64,000 bases of DNA from Paramoeba atlantica (GCA_977017575.1 CDRNVI010000044.1:186001-250000); one strand, 5' to 3'; positions 1 to 9,835 are shown, numbered from the stretch's first letter. Numbers and translations are program-made. The notes: generated from the letters alone by a model not told the origin.

Positions 1-16
1 TGGGAGTTACTCCCAT

Positions 17-41
17 CCAACGTTACTCCGAGTAACGTTGG
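17..41. repeat. Perfect 12-bp palindrome with a 1-nt centre
   Basis: CCAACGTTACTC-C-GAGTAACGTTGG; a second short palindrome, TGGGAGT-T-ACTCCCA, lies at 1-15. Confidence 0.85.
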
Positions 42-71
42 AATACAAGACAGAGATCTCGCGGCTGCACC

Positions 72-1025
72 ATGAATAACAACGAAGTATCTTTCAGTTC
101 CGATGTCGTTGCCTCCGCGTTATCCGGTATATTAGCCGTGATTCCTCTTCATCCGTTCGATACAATTAAAGCGCGAAGTATGTCATGCCAAGTTTCTTCG
201 TTTACATTATCTCAAATGATACATAGACTCTGGCAAGAGGAAGGCTTGAAGGGCTTTTACCGTGGCTTTGGTATCGCAGCTTGTGGGAGTGCTCCGGGTG
301 TATGCTTGTACTTGTCAACCTACGAAATATGCCGTCGAACTCTTTTGGAGTATTCACATACTGATTGTAGTCTACAATCATCCCGGTCTGTATACCAGAC
401 ACATTATGCCAACGCCCTTGCGATCTCACTCGCAAGCGGATGTTTTGCTGAAGCGATTAGTTGTGTATTATGGGTACCTGTTGATGTTCTTAAGGAAAGG
501 CTACAGTGTCAAACACGCGACACGAAATACGGCTACCGGAGCTCGTGGAACGCTCTCTGTACGTGCATCAAGGCAGAGGGCATCGTCGGTCTTTATAGAG
601 GATATTGGTCAACTTTACTTTGCTACGCACCAACTTCAGCTCTTTATTTTGCATTTTACGAGACGTTGCAAACCCTTTTTAACGCGAATGATGACCCGTG
701 TAAGAGCTTTGCATCAAACATGAGAAGTGCTTTGGTAGCGAATGCTTTAGCATCGGGAATCACTTGTCCTTTGGATGTTATCAAGATTCGGCTACAAATT
801 CAGAGAACCCATCTTCTAGATGGCCGCGGACAAGTGGTACTTTCACAACAGTTTAAGTTCAAATATTCAGGAATTTTCAATGCCCTTCTATCAGTGATGC
901 ATGAAGAAGGATTCAAAAGATTATATCGCGGCTGGTATGCTCGGGTGTTATTTTCGGCTCCGAATGCCGCCCTTACAATGTCCATCTTTCAAAAATTGAG
1001 AACGACTTTTCATAATCAGGCTTAA
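72..1025 (+). CDS. Mitochondrial carrier family (SLC25) protein
   Basis: Three Px[DE]xx[KR]xR signature repeats (PFDTIKAR, PVDVLKER, PLDVIKIR) and GxxGxYRG motifs; 317 aa. Confidence 0.93.
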   Translation: MNNNEVSFSSDVVASALSGILAVIPLHPFDTIKARSMSCQVSSFTLSQMIHRLWQEEGLKGFYRGFGIAACGSAPGVCLYLSTYEICRRTLLEYSHTDCSLQSSRSVYQTHYANALAISLASGCFAEAISCVLWVPVDVLKERLQCQTRDTKYGYRSSWNALCTCIKAEGIVGLYRGYWSTLLCYAPTSALYFAFYETLQTLFNANDDPCKSFASNMRSALVANALASGITCPLDVIKIRLQIQRTHLLDGRGQVVLSQQFKFKYSGIFNALLSVMHEEGFKRLYRGWYARVLFSAPNAALTMSIFQKLRTTFHNQA

Positions 1026-1270
1026 TATACGACCCAGTGTAAAACACGCGATTGCCCCCGAGACAGATTTTTACTCGTGCCATGTCTTTCATTCAGTCAG
1101 AAATTCGATACAGCTTAGATGAACCACCTTAGATTTTTGAACCACCTTAGATTCGACCCGCTTTAGATTTGTCCGATCCACTTTACATTTGAGGGGCTGC
1201 GAGTATGATCTCACGCGATCTCTTTTTGAGGTCGTCGAACCACCCTCCCGAGCCAAATCCGCTCGCGAAA

Positions 1271-1340
1271 GATCTCGCGTCATCTCACTGATCTCGCGTG
1301 ATCTCACGTGATCTCGCCCTGGGCCTCACCCGCAGCCCCT
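1271..1340. repeat. Array of ~10-bp GATCTC(G/A)CGT units plus a 21-bp GC-rich core, also present inverted at 37388-37437
   Basis: 1320-1340 TGGGCCTCACCCGCAGCCCCT is the exact reverse complement of 37388-37408, and the adjacent decamer units also align. Confidence 0.8.
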
Positions 1341-1796
1341 GATTAGTATGACCCATAAATTATTATTTGAACTATGAGCTCAATGAAAATTTTCTCACTA
1401 AACCGCCGGTGAGGAGCCTAGCGTGTCACCCTTGAGAGAAGATGGCAACTTGCCAAAGGAGGCACAACCTCCTGAGGGGGGCAGCGTTTTCAAGAACCCG
1501 GTATACTTCACTTCACTGCACCTCGGGGCAGATTTTGTTATAAAATTTGTTAGAATGATTGGCAGATGGGAGCAAGCGCCGATTGAACTTTATTAATCCT
1601 GGGCAGCGTTCCCCCTGACGACGACTAATGGCGTGCAATATCTTAAAATCTATTATTTGACCATTTGGCATACATGGGGTATTGAAAACCAGTACCTAAA
1701 AAATACCTTTTTTGGGGTACATCTTTATGTCACTTGACCCAGACTTTTTATACTTCCTGCAATGCTGCGCTATTTTTCAATGCTCAATTTTATAGT

Positions 1797-1838
1797 TTTT
1801 TAGATCTACTCAACTCAAGTGTCGAGTAGATCTAAAAA
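1797..1838. repeat. 15-bp perfect inverted repeat with a 12-nt loop
   Basis: TTTTTAGATCTACTC (1797-1811) / GAGTAGATCTAAAAA (1824-1838). Confidence 0.8.
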
Positions 1839-2070
1839 GTATAAAAAGTATCTAAAAGAGTATAAAAATTACAACGAAAATAAGAATTTATAAATTAAAA
1901 TTTATTTATATTACCGCCCCCCCCTATTTACTATTTAGTACCTTGCCCGCCCTATTTAGTGTCTAATTTCAAAGCTTCGTAGAAATTGGGGCCGCGAATT
2001 TTTTTGTACAACCCCTTTTACGAAAACTGGGACCAACCTTGAAAGAGCTGCGAGACTTGTTTTTAGTTAA

Positions 2071-2575
2071 TTGTTTTTCAGGCATACTCAGATTACCAGA
2101 GAACACCGGAAAAATAGTGCCGAAGCGCAAGGAAATGGACCATTGTCGCTTGGGTTAGACGCAAAGCCTTTAGAAGCGGTAGGGGAAATAAAGGGTCTTA
2201 ACTCCGATGTATCGTGCGGAGCTGATGACGATACCAGCCTTGACTCTTTGTCCCCTGAAAAGGAAGCACCCGTTCCACAATTAATTTCAGGTCCAAGTGA
2301 CGAACAACTGAAGTCCTTGGAGAAACAAATCAATGCCAAGAATGCAATTTATCAAGAGGCTGCGTAACAAACTCTGCAAGACTAAACGAAAGGTTAGAAG
2401 TCTTGAAAAGCGTTGAGCTAAGAGTGTGGGGGATTTCATGGAGGCCGAAGCGCGGAGAACAGAATTAGAACTCAAAGTACAATTATTTAAGGAAGACAAT
2501 GCAAACGCTCGCGCGGAGTGTCAGAATCAAAAACGTTTCACTAAATTAATAAACGAGAGGCAAAAAACAAGGTAG
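2071..2575 (+). pseudogene. Decayed coiled-coil ORF (one frameshift, one in-frame TGA)
   Basis: Removing one T from the run at 2348-2350 joins ...KQINAKNAI to IKRLRNKLCKTKRKVRSLEKR*AKSVGDFMEAEARRTELELKVQLFKEDN...; TGA at 2414-2416; no ATG start. Confidence 0.45.
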
Positions 2576-3008
2576 TTGTAGGTGAACCATCAGCTGGTTC
2601 GTTTCGAAAGTTTTCGAGAGTAGTTTCGGCATCAATCGTTCAAGAATCGTTCATTTTTTTCATTTTTTATCAATTTTTCACGTCTTTTTCATTGGTCTTT
2701 CCTCTCCCCTACTTAGTGTTTAATTTTGCCCAATTCTACTAAACACTAAATAGGGGGGGGATAAATTACTATACCCCCCCTGTTTATGAGTTCCCCCAAT
2801 TCTGGTACGTTTATGATTTCCTTTTTCTAAGGCGAATGTCTTTGTACACACTTTTCGCGAAGCGATTTTTGCACGGAACAAAAAGTCATAAAATTTCCAA
2901 CAACCGTAGGTCGGGCTGCTCTACGGACTCGCTTACTCAGCGGATAATCTTTTAAGCGCCCGTATCATTGCCACGGAGAACCCGCGGCGCGAAGCGCCGT
3001 GGGACATA

Positions 3009-3096
3009 CCTTAACCGAGTACAGCGAGTACGTACCGAGTACGTACTCGCTTGTACTCGCCGTACACGAGTACATACTCGCTGTACTCGGCTAAGG
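3009..3096. repeat. 88-bp foldback built from GAGTAC/GTACTC units (MITE-like)
   Basis: Arms 3009-3030 and 3075-3096 are complementary at 21/22 positions; internal perfect palindrome GAGTACGTACTC at 3037-3048. Confidence 0.8.
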
Positions 3097-3278
3097 CTCA
3101 CATGTCTTTACGACTACTAAAATGAAACCATGATCTCGAATCAACTCTCAAAGCTCTGTTAAGTGTTTTGCACTGTTTTTTACTTGTATCACACTCATTC
3201 ACACTTAGTACATACAAAAAAATGTACATATAAAAAAATTGTAATATGTAATTGTAAAAAAAATTATGATATGTATAA

Positions 3279-5603
3279 AAAAATATTTATCGAAGCATAC
3301 TACTGAATTCATTTTATCTCCCTGTCAAATACGGAATAGCTGTCGACACAGGGATTGACAGGGTAAAATCGGAGCACGTAATAATTAGTGTGCTCTACGT
3401 ACGTGAAAAAGAGTACGTCCTACCACCATTGTATTCTCCCAAACATCGAGCCTACGATGGGCTTACGATGAGTGCTCAACTTATACAATCTTTAAAAAAC
3501 AGTCTTGGAGAAAGCCGTGTGCTCAATTTGAAATTTTTGATGGTGGATGGCAGTGCGGTAAACCATGTTGCGCGTGGTCACTGCGAGGGATTCCTCAAAG
3601 TTTATATGACAAAATTTCACCGGTTGGACGGGACGACGAGGAAGCCTTAGCGCGTGGTATTTCAATACACGTTCCTTGCATCACACTTTTATCATGTATT
3701 GGGCATATGCTTAATAACGTATGCAAAAGTACATTAAAGTCGTACGAAGACCACTTGGCGTATTGTTGCTTCCGTTCATGAAATGCGAACTGCGGCTGCA
3801 CGAGGCACTGTTACTATCATGCAGAAGGACGAAACTTGCTTTTCTAAGCCAAAAAAGGGGGGTAATAACCGACCAGCCCGCATTCGCCAGGGGGGATCAA
3901 CCTGGGCAAACGTCCTGACACAGACCTCTCGTTCTCGGAAAGCTGGGCAGATATTTGTAAGCACGCTGGAAGACCGCCGTAGTTCCTCGACTAATGACCC
4001 TGTGTTTGAACTGGCCGCAAGCGAACGTACCATTGTTCACACGGATGGATGGAGAGGCAGCAATGCCTTGGGCAACAGACTCAACTATGGAACAGTAAAC
4101 CATCGCCGTCACTGGGTTGATCCTGTCACCGGGGTGCACACTCAGACTGCTGAGCGCATGAACGGAATGTTGAAAAAAGAAGTCCGCATGCAGGGCAACG
4201 GCACACTTGGTAGTGGAGTAGAAGCGCGAGACAACCGGTTGAAGTTCGCCGGAGAAGTTGTAAACGGCAAGCTGAAAAGAGGAGAACAAGACGGTCATGC
4301 CCTCCGTCGCCTGTTTCAAGACGTGAAGTGGTATTGCGAGAACGTGGAAATCGTTCTAGAATAAGTTTAAGCTAGCGTTTAAGATAACTCGAAGAGAGGT
4401 TTAAGGTGCTATAAATTTTATAAAAGTCAATATGACCAGTCAATATGAGATTTTTCTGAAAGTGTGAAATAATGCTTGACTTTGACCAATTATCCTACCG
4501 CTTGGCTCCTGAATTTAGAGTCGCAGCTGATGTGCTGCTTGAACAAACTAAATAGCGTGGTTCCTATCGAAATTGAAGAATTGTGTTCCAAGCTTGACGA
4601 GGTTCGAACGTTTGATGCAAAACACCGATTGTTTGAAAAGCACACTCCTCTCATATTGAAGGCTATCGAAAAGGTGAGAGCAACTCGGGTTGTGGTGACT
4701 CCGAAGCTGGGAGGCGTAACAAGATGGTGCGTGGACAAATTTACGTGCATGGATTTCTTGTCTAAAAATACATGAAATTAGTTGAAGCCTATGTTGTCGC
4801 TGAATGTGGGAAGGGCAAGCGAGCTTCAAAGTCCATGCTTCGCCTCGAAAAACTCTTAAACAGATACGGAGCTCTCACATTGCAGAAGCAGAGCGAATCC
4901 TTTTTAGAAGACTGTCGCATTCTTCATGAAAGTCTGATGAAATTTTCGGATCTTGTCGGATATCCCATGGCGACACATGTTGCTCCAACGTTGGAACGGT
5001 TGTTTGAGTATGGGCAGATGGAGGAAGCTCCGGAAGGTATGAATGATGCTCTAAGACACCATCAACGACGGTTAGAAAAAAATCATAATATGAATTTTTG
5101 GAAGCATGTTATGTGGTTTAGTCCTAAGTGGATTGTTCAATTTGCACCTCCATGTAACTGTCCACCAATTTTGGTTGACTTGGCGAATAACTTGTTTGTT
5201 ACTAGCTCTTCTCATTGCAACACGATTTTTTCAATATCGGAGGACGAGTGGAATGATTATGCGAGCTGCACTGACTATGGGTGGGATCCGCTTCAGCATG
5301 TAAACGAAAATGATTGGTGGATGAGCGTGGGACGCGACATGTTCCCCCAAGTTTTTCTTGGGGCGCAGCATTACATATGGACACCTCCACTAGTCACCAA
5401 GTGCGACTCTTGGTTCAGTCCTCGGGCATATGTATAACTCACGACAAGCTTCGCTCTCTTCGCAAGTCATCGCGGAGCAGGTTTTCATTCGTGGGAATGT
5501 TGACAAGCCGGACTATGTATTCTCAATGGAAAGCGAATCAGAAGATACTGGATTCGAAATAGAAAGTGATTCAGCGGAAAGCAGCGAAGCTGATGTAGCG
5601 TAA
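3279..5603 (+). mobile_element. Degraded hAT-superfamily DNA transposase, interrupted by insertions and frameshifts
   Basis: Colinear hAT motifs across frames: GIAVDTGID (D1 at 3345), FLMVDGSAVN (D2 at 3546), SCIGHMLNN (CxxH at 3695-3706), GGVTRW (4719-4727), YPMATHVAPTLERL (4961), WFSPK (LDPR-like), DWW...FP...A..Y..P...CDSWFS (5315-5419, catalytic E position reads D) and R.SLS...VFIRGN (5430-5603 frame). Confidence 0.75.
3743..4514 (+). mobile_element. Merlin/IS1595 (ISXO2-like) DDE transposase fragment nested in the hAT; ORF 3783-4364
   Basis: KDETCF (D at 3828), IVHTDGWRG (D at 4044), VNH..HWVDPVTGVHTQTAE (E at 4152); upstream in-frame KTTWRIVASVHE resembles the IS1595 KTAW helix. The boundaries rest on a candidate 9-bp target duplication (3734-3742 / 4515-4523). 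Confidence 0.85.
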
Positions 5604-6767
5604 GAAATGTTCTTATTTGTAGTGTTCTTATTTGTAGTATTCAGATGTCATAAGTTCTTTAGTCATTTTTAGTGCAATTTTGTAGTAAGTAGCCAGGGAT
5701 CAGCGACCCTGCGTATGATTTTTAGAGCACACATCCACAGCTCTGTTTCTTTATCCCCTCATCTTATCCAAGGGTTTCTGTGGTTTACCCTAGTGTCGCG
5801 AACACGTAATGTACGGGATTGAGAACCGGTGATTGTACATGTGTACAATATGTGTATAAGCTCACACATTAAAACATTCATAAATCTAAAATCTAATTAA
5901 CTTAGTGAGGTTTCTATTTTATTACATGATATTACCATGCTATGCTAGTGGCGGTACTAAAATCTCCTGGTCATCACCCTTTGTGGTTCATTGTGTTCAT
6001 TGGTTCGTGAACCATCAAGATATACTGCATCCCTAAAAGATACTGCATCCCTTGTGATATACGAGATCGTTAGAATAGCTACTCATATAAAAAAGGGCTG
6101 TGTCCAACCCGATTCCCCTAGATTTCCAAAGCTAAGAGGTCGACATCAAAATTTATTTTTTGCGAGTACATGCGACGTGATATACAACACTTTAGCTGAT
6201 AGGACGAACCAATTTGTTTCGCTGTAAGGATGGCTTGCGGGTAAAAGAGGATGGTAATTATGAGATGGTAACGATAAATATTTGCTTAAGCGCCCATAGA
6301 GTAATGGAGGGAGGACTCAGGTACAAAAGGCTGATCTGCACTTTCAAGAGAAAAATCTTCTAGATACATTTCTTCGCCAGAATCTACAGCAGTACTTTCA
6401 CCGAAGAACTCGATAGAGCGTCTCGGGGACGTAGGACGTTTCGGGGACAGAAATAATGAACTTCAGTAAAATCTGAAAGGATATGACTCTCAAAAAAACT
6501 ATAATGTTTTGCAAAAAAGTGCCAAAGGTCATTCATAAAAATTAATGAGAGCGGACGTATCTGCGGAATCGCTTCTTTTAGTAAATATTGGAACTCGTCA
6601 TGGTTTTGACTTCATTGGTCTCATTGTTTATCGCAGAGCTGAGTGATGACATGATATGTTATCAGGGTGGTGATACCACCCTCGCTAGAAAGAACTCTCC
6701 TCTAAGTTTATTGTAACAGATAATTGTATGGTCATATTCGTGTTGTTATATTCCTGTCCGTATAGTT

Positions 6768-6847
6768 CCTGATGAACATACATCCTGATGAACATACATC
6801 CTGATGAACATACATCCTGATGAACATACATCCTGATGAACATACAT
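6768..6847. repeat. Perfect tandem repeat, 16 bp x 5
   Basis: CCTGATGAACATACAT starts at 6768, 6784, 6800, 6816 and 6832. Confidence 0.95.
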
Positions 6848-6920
6848 GTATAGCTCTATCTCGATCGATATGTTTTCGCACAGTTCTGCGTGACCCTTTT
6901 CATGTTGTTCCTAGTGGCTT

Positions 6921-6970
6921 ACACAGTTCAGACTACACCTGTAAAACACAGTTCAGATCACACCTGTAAA
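6921..6970. repeat. 25-bp tandem duplication
   Basis: ACACAGTTCAGACTACACCTGTAAA / ACACAGTTCAGATCACACCTGTAAA, ending 35 nt before the IPI1-like ATG. Confidence 0.85.
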
Positions 6971-7004
6971 ACAAATTTTGTTGTACTGTAAACATTTTTT
7001 CAAA

Positions 7005-8732
7005 ATGACAAAGGCAAAGCGGAAGAATGCAGATTTTACTTCGCGAAAGAGAAAAATAGGAAAAACGAAGCTTGCTCCAGCTACAGCAACGAAAATTGAA
7101 ATCTCATCTGTAAAGCTGCATTTGAAGGACCCCTTTTCGAATGTTGCACAAGATAGTCCAGAGTCTGAAAAGACGTGGAAATTCTATCTTGTGAATTTGC
7201 GGCACTATTCCTATAAAGTGCAGTTGCAAGCGCTTACTAACATTCAGCGTACTTTGGTAGAAGGGTTAGATGCTCCAGTTGACTCGTTGGAGTCCTACGA
7301 ACTTCTAAGCGCAATTTCCTCTCATTTTGTTCATGAGAATTCTAGTATTCGTCGAAAAGCGGGAGCTATATTTCGTTTCTTATGTCAATCAGACGGATGT
7401 AATGCACCAATTTTTGCAACTCTTGTGCAGTCTTTGATCCGGACTGCGTTGTCAGATGCGAACAGCTCGATTCGCCTAGATGGCGTCTTTCTTTTGGATA
7501 GTTGGTTACACTTCACTTTAGATCCCCTCTGTTCCTCACGGCATAATGAAGCGCTTCAATGTTTTTGTTCCAATGCTCCAACGCTGTTATCTCTGCTATT
7601 GGTCCACAGTATAGGTTTTGCTGAGAAAGGAACTTGGGCGACACTCCGGTGTTTGAATCTTTTATTAGGAGTTAACCGCTTAGAAATTTTAGCTCTCGAA
7701 AGGATAGGAGAGTTGTTACGAATCCTTTCTTCGCGTTTTTGCGCAGATAGGAGTATTCAGGAGGTACAGACACCAATACATGAACAGAGAAAATTGTCTA
7801 ACTCTGTACGGAATATCACATGGTACGAGCTTTTGCTACGATGTTATTCTCACGCTAGTCGTTTACTGATGATTGAGGAAAGCTTCAATAAATCATTGTC
7901 CAAAAGAGCAATCAGCATATGGGATGCACTGCTAGAGTCGTGCTCCTCTGTTTTCTTGATATTGGATTCGACAGCCAGTAAGGCTAGAACCGCCCTCACT
8001 TTCCAAGCTCTTTTAATCAGAAGAAGTAATGCCGGACACAATTCACATTCTACTAATGACGAATCTTTCTCCATTACATTTTACAATACCCATCTATTTG
8101 AATGGAATTTACAGCAATGCGATCTTCAGACTCACAACATTGAAGTTTGGGATTTATTATTGATGTTTCTTTACGTGCATATTATAGCTTTTCCGTCCCC
8201 GCGTTCACACGACTCAGACGGTGCACTTACATGCTCTACAATTTTCTGCCAAAAATTGTGTGATTTGTGTGACAGATGTGACGGAATTTTGATCGTTAGT
8301 AAAATATTGAGGTATTGCGAAGAAAGAGTATTGAGTGTATTTCGAGAATGGGATGTGAGACACAGTGAACTTCCTTTTGGCCAATATGAGCTTATGCTGT
8401 ACGTTATGATTCCCAAAATTTTGATTAAGGTAGCATCTGCAGTTGACATCTCCAATATTGAATCAACTTACGTAAGTGCATCAGTTGATGAGAGCTTGAT
8501 GCATACAATTTCCGCGGTTTGTCACAGTAGCCTCAATATACTACGAAATTTCATTGTGCGATTTTGTGTTCCACCCTTTTGTGCCTACAGTGGAAATGAA
8601 CCTGAGGGTGAACGATGTTTGATAAATGCGTCTGCTTATGCTATGAAGAAAAGTCTCAAAGAAAGTGAATCTTTATTCTGTTCACCCAAACTGCTAGGCA
8701 ATAATAATACATTTGCCGAGATTTTTGAATAA
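7005..8732 (+). CDS. IPI1: IPI1/TEX10-like pre-rRNA processing protein (Rix1 complex)
   Basis: N-terminal KRKNADFTSRKRKIGKTK matches the Ipi1_N motif; HYSYKVQLQAL, followed by HEAT-like helices. First ATG at 7005. Confidence 0.7.
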   Translation: MTKAKRKNADFTSRKRKIGKTKLAPATATKIEISSVKLHLKDPFSNVAQDSPESEKTWKFYLVNLRHYSYKVQLQALTNIQRTLVEGLDAPVDSLESYELLSAISSHFVHENSSIRRKAGAIFRFLCQSDGCNAPIFATLVQSLIRTALSDANSSIRLDGVFLLDSWLHFTLDPLCSSRHNEALQCFCSNAPTLLSLLLVHSIGFAEKGTWATLRCLNLLLGVNRLEILALERIGELLRILSSRFCADRSIQEVQTPIHEQRKLSNSVRNITWYELLLRCYSHASRLLMIEESFNKSLSKRAISIWDALLESCSSVFLILDSTASKARTALTFQALLIRRSNAGHNSHSTNDESFSITFYNTHLFEWNLQQCDLQTHNIEVWDLLLMFLYVHIIAFPSPRSHDSDGALTCSTIFCQKLCDLCDRCDGILIVSKILRYCEERVLSVFREWDVRHSELPFGQYELMLYVMIPKILIKVASAVDISNIESTYVSASVDESLMHTISAVCHSSLNILRNFIVRFCVPPFCAYSGNEPEGERCLINASAYAMKKSLKESESLFCSPKLLGNNNTFAEIFE

Positions 8733-9835
8733 TTGTTACTCCCCCTCTAGGGCCGCACACGAGAGGAATGATTTTGTTGATTTTCTTTTTTTTTCAAAAT
8801 CCAGCTCCGGAAGTGGTAGAGCATAAAAATTACACCAAAATCCCTTATCTAGAACACCAAAGAAGGATATGAGGGTGTCAATATTTCTTTCGTATCCCCC
8901 TAAACTCCCTTCAGCTCCTCAACTACTTGAGCCGAATCTGAATCGCCGTCAGAATAATTAATATTTGATTCACTAACATCAAAAGATATGGTTCGCGCAC
9001 GGGGATACCGAAGAAGTCAGACTCGCCGACGCGTTTCTTAAATAATGAATTCAAGTGTTGTTTCAGAGAGGGTTTCAGTAGGGAACATTTGAGACTAACC
9101 GCTCAATCGCATCACACACACTGACTTTCACATATGCTTTCCCTTACTTCGTGCTTTGGCGAGGAGGTTGTACTGCTTTTCCAGAGTCAAGTATGCTCAA
9201 TTTATTACGTAGGAAAAATCTTTTTGAGAGATGAAGTTAATGTTGAGGGTAAGAACTGGGAATCACGAACAATTTTTTTTCCGAAAAATTGGAAAAGGTA
9301 TTTATAGAAATTAATGAGAATAGTCAAAGAAGCGTGTAAATAGTAAGTGTCTCCCCTTTTTTTACTTCAAGGGGATGAACCCCCTTTAAACTCTACAATA
9401 AGGCACCTCCTCTAAAATTAGTAGGGTAAGTTTGTTTGAACTAAGTGCTGTGGAATTTTGCAGACCTCAGTGCATAGACTTTGCGCGGCTTGTATAAGCT
9501 TTGCGCAGCTTGTATAAAGTATATGTAAATTATACTGGGGTAAATAGGGTAAAATATAAATAGATGATTACGATTTTTCCCCTCTCCTCTTTTACCTTCC
9601 TCTTTTTTTTCTCCTCTTTTACATTTCTCCTTTACTGACATTCGAAACATTTTATAATACAATATAGTGATGGTGATTTCAATATTACCCAGTTAACCAG
9701 ATGTTTGTTTTTCGTCGAATATGCCGAGACAATCGAAACTTGGACCTTACAGATTCGTGAAAACGTAATTGAAAAGATCCGTCAGACTTCAAAGATGGAG
9801 CTTCTATAGGGCCTGAAGTATTGTTTGATGAAAGA

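Noticed and set aside
3648-4382. In-frame TAG/TAA between same-frame ORFs as stop-codon reassignment or readthrough
   Set aside because: All housekeeping genes end at ordinary TAA/TAG/TGA and have no internal stops; the breaks are explained by insertions and decay.
3540-5140. Transib/RAG1-like transposase reading (MVDGSAVN ~ MIDGKVCN; GQMEEAPEGMN ~ GQLSEEAQEARN; KHVMWFSPKW ~ KHHWLYTSKY)
   Set aside because: The resemblance is tempting, but the zinc ligands are missing and no CAC-type TIR pair was found. The same segments fit hAT motifs better and colinearly (CxxH, TRW, YP..V.P, LDPR-like, WW-FP-CxxxFS, C-terminal tail).
4772-5437. ATGA and ATGTATAA stop/start overlaps as viral or prokaryotic translational coupling
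   Set aside because: The three ORFs are consecutive parts of one hAT transposase, so the overlaps are frameshift points.
6768-6847. CRISPR array
   Set aside because: The repeats are head-to-tail with no spacers, there are no cas genes, and the context is eukaryotic.
8802-8825. tRNA-like A-box (AGCTCCGGAAGTGGTAGAGCA)
   Set aside because: No anticodon arm, T-loop or acceptor stem follows; the segment is part of a repeat shared with 37.2 kb.
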